Part shown: positions 25,276-34,903 of the stretch, piece by piece
How the letters are laid out: each line of letters starts with the position of its first letter
Numbering within the stretch: position 1 is the stretch's first letter
NCBI GenBank assembly: GCA_964523575.1
Contig: CAZGAV010000010.1
Coordinates: 5,466 to 69,465 of the forward strand
Reading direction: 5' to 3'
Length of the DNA stretch: 64,000 nt
DNA from: an uncultured Ignavibacteriales bacterium
GTDB lineage: Bacteria > Zixibacteria > MSB-5A5 > GN15 > JAAZOE01
Notes under the pieces: generated by a model
Seen by the model: the letters and a program-made list of their open reading frames with translations, nothing else
Databases searched by the model: none
What the model was told of the DNA's origin: nothing
Program-made: the position numbers and the translations under genes

Positions 25276-25821
25276 ATGGACGATTTTCAAGATAAAAAAT
25301 ATATGATCATTTTTGACCTCGAAGCCACCTGCTGGGCTCCCGACCGGCATGCCGATCATGAAATGGAGACCATTGAGATTGGCGCAATTAAAGTACGGAT
25401 GGGAAAATTTGAAGTCCTTGATGAATTTGACTCCTATATCAAACCGGTCCGGCATCCGGAGTTGAGTGATTTTTGTATTTCACTGACAACGATAACGCAG
25501 GCCGAGGTGGACAGCTCAGACTTTTTCCCGGCGGTCTTCGACCGATTCGTTTCCTGGACCGGACGGATCGATGAAATCATATTGGCCTCCTGGGGGAATT
25601 ATGATCGACGTCAGTTGATCCAGGACTGCCGGCATCACGAGATCGATTATGTCTTCGGGGATGACCATATCAACCTGAAAGGTCTCTATGCCGAAAGGCG
25701 CCAGGGGAAGAAATTTGGTTTGATACGGGCTCTCAGGTTGGAGGGGCTGAAATTCGAGGGCACTCACCATCGGGCCATTGATGATGCCCGGAATATATTG
25801 AGACTTGTCAGGCGGCTATGA
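25276..25821 (+). CDS. DEDDh 3'-5' exonuclease (ERI-1/KapD-like)
   Basis: ExoI IIFDLEATC, ExoII-like region ASWGNYDRRQL, ExoIII HHRAIDDARN. Trimmed to ATG 25276. Confidence 0.8.
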   Translation: MDDFQDKKYMIIFDLEATCWAPDRHADHEMETIEIGAIKVRMGKFEVLDEFDSYIKPVRHPELSDFCISLTTITQAEVDSSDFFPAVFDRFVSWTGRIDEIILASWGNYDRRQLIQDCRHHEIDYVFGDDHINLKGLYAERRQGKKFGLIRALRLEGLKFEGTHHRAIDDARNILRLVRRL

Positions 25822-26008
25822 CGCCGACGGTTTCCGGCTCAAACAAATAATGTATTCCAAAACTTCATTCTGCGCCTGCAATTCGCGGCGAAAGCGTTCC
25901 TCACGAATCTTGTACAGATTATCTTAGTTGGCGATTTCGGGGAACAAATTAGCCTGGCCGACGTTATCGTTAATGACAACCGGAAATAGCATCTCTGAAT
26001 AGATTGAA

Positions 26009-26037
26009 AAGGGCCTTGAAAAAGGCCCTTTTCTCTT
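26009..26037. terminator. Bidirectional Rho-independent terminator between convergent genes
   Basis: AAGGGCC (26009-26015) / GGCCCTT (26024-26030), flanked by an A-run on the left and a T-rich run (TTCTCTT) on the right. It lies 30 bp beyond the minus-strand gene end at 26067. Confidence 0.65.
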
Positions 26038-26066
26038 ATGGAAATATTCGTCAGGATCGCCCCAAA

Positions 26067-26849
26067 TTAGTCGAAGGGATATATCCGGTGTTCGCTCAAG
26101 TAAGCGATAGCGGTCTTCGAATTGGCCAGACCGCCAACCTCCAAAACGATATTGGGTTGCATCTTGTATTTCCTGATCAATCGCGAAAACTTCGGCCAGT
26201 CGAAATTGCCCCGCCCCGGAACACTCTCCGAATCGGCCTGGCCGTAATTGTCATTGACATGAATATAGGCGATATCATCCCGCAGGATTTCAAACCAGTT
26301 CTCGAGATCGACCTCCGAGAAGACATTGGCGTGGCCGGTATCGAAACATATTTTCAATTGGGGCGACCGGGCAGTATCGAGAAGCCGCCGAAAATTCTCA
26401 GGCGACGGCTCCCAGACATTCTCGATCATGATGGTGAGGGGGGAGCGGTCGAGCACCGAATTCCAGAAAGCGGCTGTTTTTTTGATCCAGTCGCGCTGGT
26501 AACTTGCCTGCTTGATCAGCGGGTTGAACCCCCCGTGAAAAACGGCATACCGGGCGTTTAACGTTTTGGCGGCAGCCAGAGCCTGCTCGATCCGTTCCCG
26601 GCTGACGGCGGCAATGCGGCGGTCGAGGCTGGTCGGATGTAAATCCATGAAAGGTCCGTGGATCGAAATTATCCCTTCGAAATCCCGCAATCGTTTCCGG
26701 TAATCGTCAAGAGTTGGTTCCCAGTCTCCATCCCAATAGGCACTGGAGGCAAAGGTGGCGATTTCCAGGTTATGCCCTCCCTCTCCGGCATAATCCAACA
26801 ACTCTTCAAAATTTTCCGGCTTGTACGGCTGAAGGAATATTTCTGACAT
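26067..26849 (-). CDS. Sugar phosphate isomerase/epimerase (xylose-isomerase-like TIM barrel, AP_endonuc_2 family)
   Basis: IISIHGPF, AVFHGG, IMIENV, ICFDTGHANVF and IAYIHVNDNYG...D form the typical metal-ligand pattern. Trimmed to MSEIFLQPY (26849). Confidence 0.75.
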   Translation of the reverse strand: MSEIFLQPYKPENFEELLDYAGEGGHNLEIATFASSAYWDGDWEPTLDDYRKRLRDFEGIISIHGPFMDLHPTSLDRRIAAVSRERIEQALAAAKTLNARYAVFHGGFNPLIKQASYQRDWIKKTAAFWNSVLDRSPLTIMIENVWEPSPENFRRLLDTARSPQLKICFDTGHANVFSEVDLENWFEILRDDIAYIHVNDNYGQADSESVPGRGNFDWPKFSRLIRKYKMQPNIVLEVGGLANSKTAIAYLSEHRIYPFD

Positions 26850-27025
26850 GATTTTCGGCTCCGCAAAGGGTTTGGCCAACATGATACCGACGCGGGAAGA
26901 TCGTGTCAATGAGAATAATGGCTTCCGGCTTCGCTCCGCCGACGGGGGGTGCCCGTTTGGGGGCCAAAACAGAATTCCTGCCTCATCTCTTGCAGTCCGG
27001 GCCGGAGCATATTATATTTCAAGCC

Positions 27026-29614
27026 ATGAGGACGACAATTCGACATCGGGTCTTTTGCCTGCTTTTATTTTTGTCCCTTCCGATACCTTTTCATCAAGCC
27101 AAGGCCGTGGCCTTGTACAATGATTCCCTTCAGGATCGACTCCAGCGTCAGGACAAAATTGCGGCTGCCGGCGTCCCCAATTTTCAGTTTAATGTTCACA
27201 AAACCGGCAAGATGGCCCTGACTATCACCAACGCCGGCACCTTCGGCACCGGCTCTCTGGGGATAACCATCGTCGATGGTGAAATTGCGCCTTCATGCGA
27301 GTACCCGATAAATTCCAATATCATCTATCTTTTCCAGGGAGCCCTATGGATCGGCGCCGTCGTCGGACGCGACACTCTGGTTTCGGTGGGAGCCGACGGC
27401 TGGTTCAGCATGCGTGAATTTTTCCCCGATGCCGGCGACAAGGGCGCTTTTGTCTCCCGCAGTAACCTCCGTTCGCGGCCGGATTATGATAAAGATGCGA
27501 TTTCCGAACAGGATTTCATCTGCACCTACACCGACACTTTCACCGATCCCGGCCTGACCGGCGAAGATCCCTTCGATAATCGGCCTCATGTCCCGTTAAA
27601 CCTTTCCATCCGTCAGAGTTCCTATGCCTGGAGTTATCAGTACGCCGAGGATTTCGTCCTTTTCGATTACCAGATAACCAATATCGGCGACTTTCCTCTG
27701 AGAGATGTTTATCTGGGCGTTTATGTCGATGGCGTCGCCTATCACAAGTCGATTGAATCGAACGGATTCAAGGACGACGTCTGCGGCTTTCGCCGGACGG
27801 TGGCGACGCCCCAGGATTTCTGCATCGACGAAGATACCGTCAATCTGGCGTGGATTGCCGATAACGACGGCGATCCCGTCGGCGACTCCTGGAATTTCGC
27901 TTCGCCGGTGGCCGTGACCGGGGTCAGAGTGGTGCGTTCGCCGAACAATAACCTTCAATACAGTTTCAACTGGTGGATTTCAAACAGCAATCCCCAGCTG
28001 GATTTCGGTCCGCGCAAAGCCGGCACCGACGAAGACCCGTTTCGCCCTTTCGGCACCAATATTGGAACGCCGACCGGCGACCGGAATAAATACTATATTC
28101 TATCGCATCCGGAATTCGATTATGACCAGTTGTTCACGGCCATTTCGCATACCGATCGGGGTTATCTTCGTCCCCCGCCGGTCGGCCTGGCCGATGATTT
28201 CGCGGATGGTTACGATACCCGCTACCTGCTGTCCTTCGGACCGTTTGAAGTTGAGCCGGGCGATTCATTGCCGATAACCCTGGCCTATGTCGCCGGAGAC
28301 AATTTCCATGTCAATCCCCTTGATTACGCCGAAAATTTCGATCCCTACAACCCGATGGCGTTTTACAGTAAGCTCGATTTCACCGACTTCGGTAACAACG
28401 CCCGCTGGGCCAGCTGGATCTTCGACAATCCCGGCCTCGATACCGACGGCAACGGCGATTCCGGGAAATACTGCTGGAGTTATATCTGGACCGACACCAC
28501 CCTGTTCAATCCCGACAGTAGCGGCCCGGCCGACAGCGTCCATATCGATTCCTTCAAGGTCTTTTATGCCGGCGACGGTGTGCCTGATTTCAAGGGCGCT
28601 TCGCCGCCCCCGCCCCCAATTATCCGAAGCATCCCCAGTTACTCCACCGTTACCCTGCGCTGGAATGGGGAGCAGGCCGAGAACGCCTATGACGTTTTTT
28701 CGGGAATCAAGGATTTTGAGGGGTACCGGGTCTATATGGGGGAAGATAACCGCCAGTCGGATTTCATCCAGTTGGCCACCTATGATATCGACAACTATAT
28801 CATCTACCTGTTTGACCGGGTTCCCACCAGTCAGTCCGATGTCTATGAAGTGACCTGGCATCAGGTGGGGCCGCCGATCACACGGGACAGCCTGCTGAAA
28901 CAGTACGGGGAGGATTTCGATCCCTATCAGTATTACGACGAATTTCATTATTTCTACGATAATGACCGGCAGGAATTCTTCTTTATCCGGCCCCAGGGAT
29001 GGAATGAATCGGACTTGAGCGATCCCCTCAAAATTCATAAGGTTTATCCCGGCGCCTCCGCCGACGATCCCTCCGATACGACCGCCGAGGGGTACATGCG
29101 CTACTATGAATACGAATATGTGATCGACAACCTGCGCCCCTCCCAGCCCTACTATTTCAGCGTTACCACCTTCGATTTTGGTTCGACGGGTTCGCTTCTG
29201 GGAGCTCTGGAGTCATCGCCGCTGGTCAATGCCGTCCGCGAATATCCGCTGGTGGCGGCCGATTCGGTCGAACAACAGGGATTGAAAGTTTACGTCTACC
29301 CCAATCCCTATCGAATCGACGCCGGTTACGCCCGCGACGGATATGAAAACCGCGACCGGGCCCGGTCGGCGGAATGGACGCGCCGGGTGCATTTCGCCAA
29401 CCTGCCCAATGTCTGCACCATAAGGATTTTTACCCTCAGCGGCGATCTGGTGCAGGAAATCAATCACGACTATCCCGGAGGGGCTCCCGGCTCCCAGCAT
29501 GAGGAATGGAGCCTCATCAGCCGCAATACGCAGGCGGTGACGACCGGCATTTATATCTGGTCGGTGCGGTCGGATATGGGCGAACAGCTCGGGAAACTGG
29601 TCATTATCAAATGA
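27026..29614 (+). CDS. Secreted protein of unknown function with FlgD-Ig/T9SS-type C-terminal sorting domain
   Basis: Trimmed to ATG 27026 (signal peptide MRTTIRHRVFCLLLFLSLPIPFHQAKA). The C-terminus VYVYPNPYRID...CTIRIFTLSGDLV...GIYIWSVRS...KLVIIK resembles TIGR04183-like CTDs. The body has no family I can name. Confidence 0.7.
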   Translation: MRTTIRHRVFCLLLFLSLPIPFHQAKAVALYNDSLQDRLQRQDKIAAAGVPNFQFNVHKTGKMALTITNAGTFGTGSLGITIVDGEIAPSCEYPINSNIIYLFQGALWIGAVVGRDTLVSVGADGWFSMREFFPDAGDKGAFVSRSNLRSRPDYDKDAISEQDFICTYTDTFTDPGLTGEDPFDNRPHVPLNLSIRQSSYAWSYQYAEDFVLFDYQITNIGDFPLRDVYLGVYVDGVAYHKSIESNGFKDDVCGFRRTVATPQDFCIDEDTVNLAWIADNDGDPVGDSWNFASPVAVTGVRVVRSPNNNLQYSFNWWISNSNPQLDFGPRKAGTDEDPFRPFGTNIGTPTGDRNKYYILSHPEFDYDQLFTAISHTDRGYLRPPPVGLADDFADGYDTRYLLSFGPFEVEPGDSLPITLAYVAGDNFHVNPLDYAENFDPYNPMAFYSKLDFTDFGNNARWASWIFDNPGLDTDGNGDSGKYCWSYIWTDTTLFNPDSSGPADSVHIDSFKVFYAGDGVPDFKGASPPPPPIIRSIPSYSTVTLRWNGEQAENAYDVFSGIKDFEGYRVYMGEDNRQSDFIQLATYDIDNYIIYLFDRVPTSQSDVYEVTWHQVGPPITRDSLLKQYGEDFDPYQYYDEFHYFYDNDRQEFFFIRPQGWNESDLSDPLKIHKVYPGASADDPSDTTAEGYMRYYEYEYVIDNLRPSQPYYFSVTTFDFGSTGSLLGALESSPLVNAVREYPLVAADSVEQQGLKVYVYPNPYRIDAGYARDGYENRDRARSAEWTRRVHFANLPNVCTIRIFTLSGDLVQEINHDYPGGAPGSQHEEWSLISRNTQAVTTGIYIWSVRSDMGEQLGKLVIIK

Positions 29615-29653
29615 CCTATTAAATGGCGGAAAGGGGCCGGTTTTCAAAAGCCC

Positions 29654-29681
29654 TTGACTTTGGAAAATTTCCCCGTATATA
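29654..29681 (+). promoter_or_regulatory. sigma-70-type promoter of guaB
   Basis: TTGACT (29654-29659), 16-nt spacer, TATATA (29676-29681), ~95 bp upstream of ATG 29776. Confidence 0.5.
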
Positions 29682-29775
29682 TTTTAGCCCAAATATAAAC
29701 AGGCCCGGGTTATAGAGGCTGTTTTGGCCGGTACCTTACTTAATTATCGAAGAACCTGTATCGTGAAGGTTGAAC

Positions 29776-31278
29776 ATGGCGCATTTTATCAAAGAACCAA
29801 GTCGAACATTCAGTGAATATTTACTTATTCCCGATTTGACCAAACGCAATTGCATCCCGTCCAGCGTTGCCCTGCGGACGCCGATCGTGAAATTCAAAAA
29901 AGGCGAAGAATCGAAAACGCAGATCAGCGTGCCCCTGGTGTCGGCCATCATGCAGGCGGTTTCGGATAATAATCTGGCCGTCACCCTGGCCGAATCCGGC
30001 GGCCTGTCATTTATTTTCGGCTCCCAGCCGATCGAGGATCAAGCGGCGATGGTGGCCAAGGTCAAGAAATATAAGGCCGGTTTCGTGGTTAGCGATTCCA
30101 ACCTCGAATTCAACGCCACCCTGAAAGACGTCCGCGATCTGACCAGGAAAACCGGCCATTCGACCATCGCCATCACCGAGGACGGGTCGCTTTCCGGTAA
30201 ATTCATGGGACTGATGACCCGCAAAGACTACAGTTTACGCCGCCACGAACTCGAGGAAAAGGTGGCCGATTTGATGACGCCGGTGGAAGGGTTGACGGTC
30301 GGCAACGCCAAATTGACCCTCGAAGAAACTAACGAAATTATCTGGCGCAATAAACTCGACTGTCTGCCGATTCTGGATCCCCGCGGGCGGCTGAAATACC
30401 TCGTCTTCCGGCGCGATATCGAGGCTCACAACATGAACCCAAACGAGTCGGTGGACCGCGATTTGCGGCTCCTCGCCGGGGCCGGGATCAACTCCCGCGA
30501 TTACGAAGAACGGGTGCCGGCGCTGATCGAGGCCGGCGCGGACGTTCTCTGCGTCGATTCCTCGGACGGTTTCAGCGAATGGCAACGCGATACCATCCGG
30601 TTCGTTAAGAAAAAATACGGCGACGAAGTCAGCGTCGGCGGCGGAAACGTGGTCGATGAAGACGGTTTCATGTATCTGGTCGAATCCGGGGCCGATTTCG
30701 TCAAGATCGGTATCGGCGGCGGTTCGATCTGCATCACCCGCGAACAAAAGGGCATCGGGCGGGGGCAGGCCTCGGCCTTGATAGATATCGCCCGAGCCCG
30801 CGAAGCTTATTTCAAGAAAACCGGCGTCTATATCCCAATCTGCTCCGACGGCGGTATTGTCCACGACTATCATATCACTCTGGCGCTGGCAATGGGCGCC
30901 GATTTCGTCATGATGGGCCGATATTTCGCTCGCTTCGACGAAAGCCCCGGCAAAAAGATCAAACGGGCCGGCAACTATTACAAAGAATATTGGGCCGAGG
31001 GCTCCAACCGCGCCCGCAACTGGCAAAGATACGATATGGGCGACAAGCAGGAACTGGTTTTCGAAGAGGGCGTTGACAGTTACGTCGCTTATGCCGGGCC
31101 GCTGAAGGAAAACATGGAGCGGACGCTGAGTAAAATCAAATCGACCATGTGCAATTGCGGGGCGTTGTCACTCAGGGAATTCCGCAAAAAGGCCCGCCTG
31201 ACGCTGGTTTCATCGACCAGCCTGGTCGAGGGCAAAGTCCACGACGTCATTCTCAAGAAAGATGAAGATTATCCGTAA
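29776..31278 (+). CDS. guaB: Inosine-5'-monophosphate dehydrogenase (long Tritrichomonas/Borrelia-type GuaB)
   Basis: [19 protein letters not shown]..., [13 protein letters not shown] pair region, [14 protein letters not shown], catalytic loop [45 protein letters not shown]. Collinear with my recollection of the T. foetus IMPDH sequence. Confidence 0.92.
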   Translation: MAHFIKEPSRTFSEYLLIPDLTKRNCIPSSVALRTPIVKFKKGEESKTQISVPLVSAIMQAVSDNNLAVTLAESGGLSFIFGSQPIEDQAAMVAKVKKYKAGFVVSDSNLEFNATLKDVRDLTRKTGHSTIAITEDGSLSGKFMGLMTRKDYSLRRHELEEKVADLMTPVEGLTVGNAKLTLEETNEIIWRNKLDCLPILDPRGRLKYLVFRRDIEAHNMNPNESVDRDLRLLAGAGINSRDYEERVPALIEAGADVLCVDSSDGFSEWQRDTIRFVKKKYGDEVSVGGGNVVDEDGFMYLVESGADFVKIGIGGGSICITREQKGIGRGQASALIDIARAREAYFKKTGVYIPICSDGGIVHDYHITLALAMGADFVMMGRYFARFDESPGKKIKRAGNYYKEYWAEGSNRARNWQRYDMGDKQELVFEEGVDSYVAYAGPLKENMERTLSKIKSTMCNCGALSLREFRKKARLTLVSSTSLVEGKVHDVILKKDEDYP

Positions 31279-31307
31279 GACATGGTTTTGATGCAATCGA
31301 TTTTCGA

Positions 31308-31336
31308 AACGGCGCCCCTTGGGCGCCGTTTTTATT
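31308..31336 (+). terminator. Rho-independent terminator of guaB
   Basis: AACGGCGCCC (31308-31317) / GGGCGCCGTT (31321-31330), followed by TTTATTT. Confidence 0.7.
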
Positions 31337-32267
31337 TAGCCAGTTCCATCAGGTGCAACTCGACCGATTCGGCCAGGGCGGACAGATTGTAGCCGCCTTC
31401 CAGTATTGAAACGATTTTCCCGCCGCAATGGCGGTCGGCGCATTCTTTGGTCAGGCGCGTAATCTCCCCATAAACGGCGGTGGTCAAATTGGTGCTGGAC
31501 ATCGGGTCGGCCTTATGCCCGTCGAACCCGGCCGAAATCAAAATGAACTGCGGCTTATAATCGTCGAGGGTCGGTATGACTTGATGATGGAAGGCGTCGA
31601 GAAGAAGATCGTCTCCCGCCCCCGATCCCAGGGGGATATTGAGGTTATAGCCGGAGCCTTTGCCGGTGCCATAGACGGTTTCCTGCCCGGTTCCGGGAAA
31701 ATGAGGATACTGATGGAGGCTGATATAAAGCACCTTATCGTCCTCCAGGAACATCCGTTCGGTGCCGTTGCCGTGATGGATATCCCAGTCGATTATGGCC
31801 ACCCGCTCGAGTCCGCCGGCGTCGATCAGGTCGGCGGCGGCGATGGCGATATTATTGAATATGCAGAATCCCATCGCCCGGGCCGGTTCGGCATGATGGC
31901 CGGGAGGTCGAACGGCGCAGAAGCCGGCCGAAAATTTCCCCGACAGAACATCCCGGGCCGCCTGCACACTGCAACCGGCGGCATAAAGGGCCGCCTGCGG
32001 CGTCGCCGGGGTGGCGATGGTATCGCCCCAGTCGAGGACGAAGGCGTCTTCGATTTTCAGGTTGAGGATATCGTCGATGTAATTGGGATCATGGACCCTT
32101 TCCAGCCAGTACCTTTCGGCCGGGATGGCGTCGACGAAAGTGATCGAGGCGGCGACAGGGGAGGCTTTGATCTTCTCTATTATGGCCAGAACTCTTGCGG
32201 GCCGTTCAATATGGCCATAACCCAGCAAATGTTCCGCGAAAAGGCGATGGTAGTAAAAACCGATCAT
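31332..32267 (-). CDS. Histone deacetylase-family amidohydrolase (AcuC/acetylpolyamine-type)
   Basis: RPPGHHAEPARAMGFCIFNN, IIDWDIHHGNGT, SAGFDGHKADP and EGGYNL are the canonical HDAC zinc/active-site motifs. Confidence 0.88.
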   Translation of the reverse strand: MIGFYYHRLFAEHLLGYGHIERPARVLAIIEKIKASPVAASITFVDAIPAERYWLERVHDPNYIDDILNLKIEDAFVLDWGDTIATPATPQAALYAAGCSVQAARDVLSGKFSAGFCAVRPPGHHAEPARAMGFCIFNNIAIAAADLIDAGGLERVAIIDWDIHHGNGTERMFLEDDKVLYISLHQYPHFPGTGQETVYGTGKGSGYNLNIPLGSGAGDDLLLDAFHHQVIPTLDDYKPQFILISAGFDGHKADPMSSTNLTTAVYGEITRLTKECADRHCGGKIVSILEGGYNLSALAESVELHLMELAK

Positions 32268-32578
32268 AGGACCCTCGATAATCAGCTTATGATGCGGAAA
32301 CCGCCACAGTTTCCATTTCCCATTCAGCCAAGATCAGTTAATCTCCCTTCGACGGCAACAACAATCTCACCGATCCCGCCCTTGTCTGGAAAATCCCGAT
32401 CGGTTATTGCAGAATGTTGCACATAGGGTTGTTGAGATGCGATCGGACCGAATCTCAACTTGTAAACACAATCCGTTGTCTTATAATTACTTATATTGGC
32501 AGCTAAAACCTAATACGGCAAATCGATAATGGATTGGTTGAATTCAAGGTCGCCTGTCCAAAATCAATCATAAAAAAC

Positions 32579-32607
32579 TTGACAAAGATTGCTTCGTACA
32601 CTAATAT
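32579..32607 (+). promoter_or_regulatory. Near-consensus sigma-70 promoter of the MarR/racemase operon
   Basis: TTGACA (32579-32584), 17-nt spacer, TAATAT (32602-32607). Confidence 0.6.
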
Positions 32608-32619
32608 TTCGTGTACGAA
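32593..32619. promoter_or_regulatory. Inverted repeat operator overlapping the -10 box (probable MarR autoregulation site)
   Basis: TTCGTACAC (32593-32601) and GTGTACGAA (32611-32619) form perfect 9-bp arms with a 9-nt spacer containing the -10 hexamer. Confidence 0.5.
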
Positions 32620-32637
32620 ATATCTTTGAAGGTGAAT

Positions 32638-33135
32638 ATGGTCGAGAACGAAATAACTCTGAATGTGCTTATGACGCTGAGGCGGATAATGAGGGCGGTA
32701 TCGCTTAATTCCAAAAAACTGGAAAAGAATTACAATCTTACCGGACCGCAATTGATTTTGCTGAACGAGATCGCCAAATCGGGTGAAGTGGCCATCGGCG
32801 CTCTGGCTATGACTGTTAACCTGAGCAATCCCACTACCAGCGGAATCGTGGATCGTCTTGAAAAACGGGCACTGGTGGTGCGGACAAGGGGTTCGGATGA
32901 CCGCCGCAAAGTCTTTGTCGGAATCACCGAAACCGGCCGAAAAACCCTCGGAAGTGCGCCGCCGCCTCTGCAAGCGCAGTTTATCGGACAATTCGGGCAG
33001 TTGAAACCCGAAGAACAGAGGAATATCCTGTCGGCCTTGGAGAAAGTGGCCTTGATGATCAACGCCGAACATCTGGAAGTGGCCCCGGTATTATCGGGCC
33101 AGTCGTTGGATGAAAGTGAAAAGAACTCAATTTAA
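32638..33135 (+). CDS. MarR family transcriptional regulator
   Basis: LTGPQLILLNEIAKSGEVAIGALAMTVNLSNPTTSGIVDRLEKRALVVRTRGSDDRRKVFVGIT. ATG 32638 follows an AAGGTG RBS; the GTG at 32611 lies inside the operator. Confidence 0.85.
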   Translation: MVENEITLNVLMTLRRIMRAVSLNSKKLEKNYNLTGPQLILLNEIAKSGEVAIGALAMTVNLSNPTTSGIVDRLEKRALVVRTRGSDDRRKVFVGITETGRKTLGSAPPPLQAQFIGQFGQLKPEEQRNILSALEKVALMINAEHLEVAPVLSGQSLDESEKNSI

Positions 33136-33143
33136 GGGAGTAA

Positions 33144-33644
33144 ATGATGGGAAATGAAGGAGGAAAAACCGAGCCGTTAACAATAGAGAAAGACCACCCG
33201 AAAATCAGGATGCATATCCTGCGGCGCATCGATGAATTTCCCGAATGGCTGACAATCGACAACCTGGCGGAATTCGTTCATGAAAATATAAAACCTTATG
33301 AGGACACGCTGGCCGACACCAAACGGGCGGTCGGAATCGCAATTGATCCCGACAGCCCCAAGGGCGCCTTTATCCTCGTCGCCGAGGCCGATCGGAAGCC
33401 GGTCGGAGCCTTGATTATGCATCGGACGGGCATGAAAGGCTATATCCCGGAGAATATCCTCCTGATGGTCTGTGTCCATCCGTCGGCCCGCGGTTTGGGT
33501 GTCGGCGGTCTGTTGATCCGAACCGGCCTTGAGACTGCCGACGGCGATGTCAAGCTCCATGTCGAGTATGACAACCCGGCCAAGCAGGTCTATGAAAAGA
33601 TCGGATTCACGACCAAGTACGCCGAAATGAGGTTTTACAAATGA
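33144..33644 (+). CDS. GNAT family N-acetyltransferase
   Basis: Acetyl-CoA motif A VHPSARGLGVGGLLI and C-terminal AKQVYEKIGF. AAGGGAG RBS. Confidence 0.75.
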   Translation: MMGNEGGKTEPLTIEKDHPKIRMHILRRIDEFPEWLTIDNLAEFVHENIKPYEDTLADTKRAVGIAIDPDSPKGAFILVAEADRKPVGALIMHRTGMKGYIPENILLMVCVHPSARGLGVGGLLIRTGLETADGDVKLHVEYDNPAKQVYEKIGFTTKYAEMRFYK

Positions 33645-34801
33645 ACCGCTTACTGATAAACCTGGAAGCCCTGAAACGTAACATCGCCGCCATCAACCGG
33701 CTGATGGCCAAACACGACGCTTCGTGGACGGTCGTGACCAAGGTGTTATGCGGGCACTCGGAAACGATCAAGGCCCTGCAGCTGCTGGGAATCCGGTCCA
33801 TCGGCGATTCGCGCCTCGATAACCTTCGGGATATCGAACGGCTGGTGCCCGATTTTGAAGCCTGGTATCTGCGTATCCCCGACTTCACTTCGATCCCCGA
33901 GGTCGTTACCTATTCGGATGTCAGCCTCAACAGTGAAATGGCCATAATCAAGGCGCTCAACGAGGAGGCCAAGCGGCAGGATAAGGTCCATCGCATCATC
34001 CTCATGATCGAACTCGGCGACCTGCGGGAAGGCATTCTGCCGGGGTCGCTGATCAAATTTTACGAGGAAATATTCAAACTTTCCAATATCGACCTGCTGG
34101 GTATCGGCGCCAACCTCGGATGCATGGCCGGAGTGATTCCCACCGTGGACCAGTTCATGCAGCTGGTACTCTATCGCGAATTGCTGGAATTGAAATTCAA
34201 GCATCGCCTGCCGATGATTTCAGCCGGCTCGACGGTGGTCTTGCCGCTGGTAATGGACGGCCAACTGCCCCGGGCCATCAATCATTTCCGGATCGGCGAG
34301 GCGATTTTTCTGGGAACGAATTTGATTCAGGGGGGCATCCTGCCCGAACTGAACAACGAGGTCATGTTATTGGAGGCCGAAATCGCCGAAATCAAGGAGA
34401 AAGCGCTGGTGCCGATCGGCGAGACCGGATCGGCCACGGCTCCGTTCGAAACGGAGACCGAAGACGAATCCTCGCCCGGCCAGCGCGGCTATCGGGCCCT
34501 GGTCAGTATCGGGCATCTCGATACCGATATCGGCGGCCTGACGCCAGTCAATGACAGTTATAAAATTGCCGGAGCCTCGAGCGATATCACTGCCATCAAC
34601 ATCGGCGAGGAAACCGGCGGCCTCAAGGTCGGCGATGTCATCAAGTTCAAGGTCAGTTATTCGGCGCTGTTGAGACTGATGAATGATAAATATATCGCCA
34701 AGGAAATTGTGCCGTCTCCTGATCAACTCCAATCGTCGCTCAATATCGATCGATACGAAGTATTGCCGGCCATTGCGCAAGTCGAGCAGGAGGAGGATTA
34801 G
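33641..34801 (+). CDS. Fold-type III PLP enzyme, alanine-racemase-N-domain family (ornithine/lysine racemase or YhfX-like)
   Basis: ATGA overlap with the GNAT gene. WTVVTKVLCGH (PLP-Lys context), MIELGDLREG, GIGANLGC and SAGSTV are typical of the broad amino-acid racemase family. Confidence 0.7.
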   Translation: MNRLLINLEALKRNIAAINRLMAKHDASWTVVTKVLCGHSETIKALQLLGIRSIGDSRLDNLRDIERLVPDFEAWYLRIPDFTSIPEVVTYSDVSLNSEMAIIKALNEEAKRQDKVHRIILMIELGDLREGILPGSLIKFYEEIFKLSNIDLLGIGANLGCMAGVIPTVDQFMQLVLYRELLELKFKHRLPMISAGSTVVLPLVMDGQLPRAINHFRIGEAIFLGTNLIQGGILPELNNEVMLLEAEIAEIKEKALVPIGETGSATAPFETETEDESSPGQRGYRALVSIGHLDTDIGGLTPVNDSYKIAGASSDITAINIGEETGGLKVGDVIKFKVSYSALLRLMNDKYIAKEIVPSPDQLQSSLNIDRYEVLPAIAQVEQEED

Positions 34802-34903
34802 TCATCCGTTTTTTTAACGCCCGGCCCATACTCGAATCGAAATTTCAAAGCCGCTCTTTGCCGATGAGCGCATCAATGGCTTCATCCGCCGTGGGGTTCC
34901 CGA

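Noticed and set aside
26004-26561. 185-aa plus-strand ORF
   Set aside because: It is antisense to the well-supported TIM-barrel isomerase gene and begins within the bidirectional terminator.
29682-29775. Possible purine riboswitch in the guaB leader
   Set aside because: I looked for the conserved purine-riboswitch junction and loop sequences and a three-way junction and did not find them. It is probably a plain 5' UTR.
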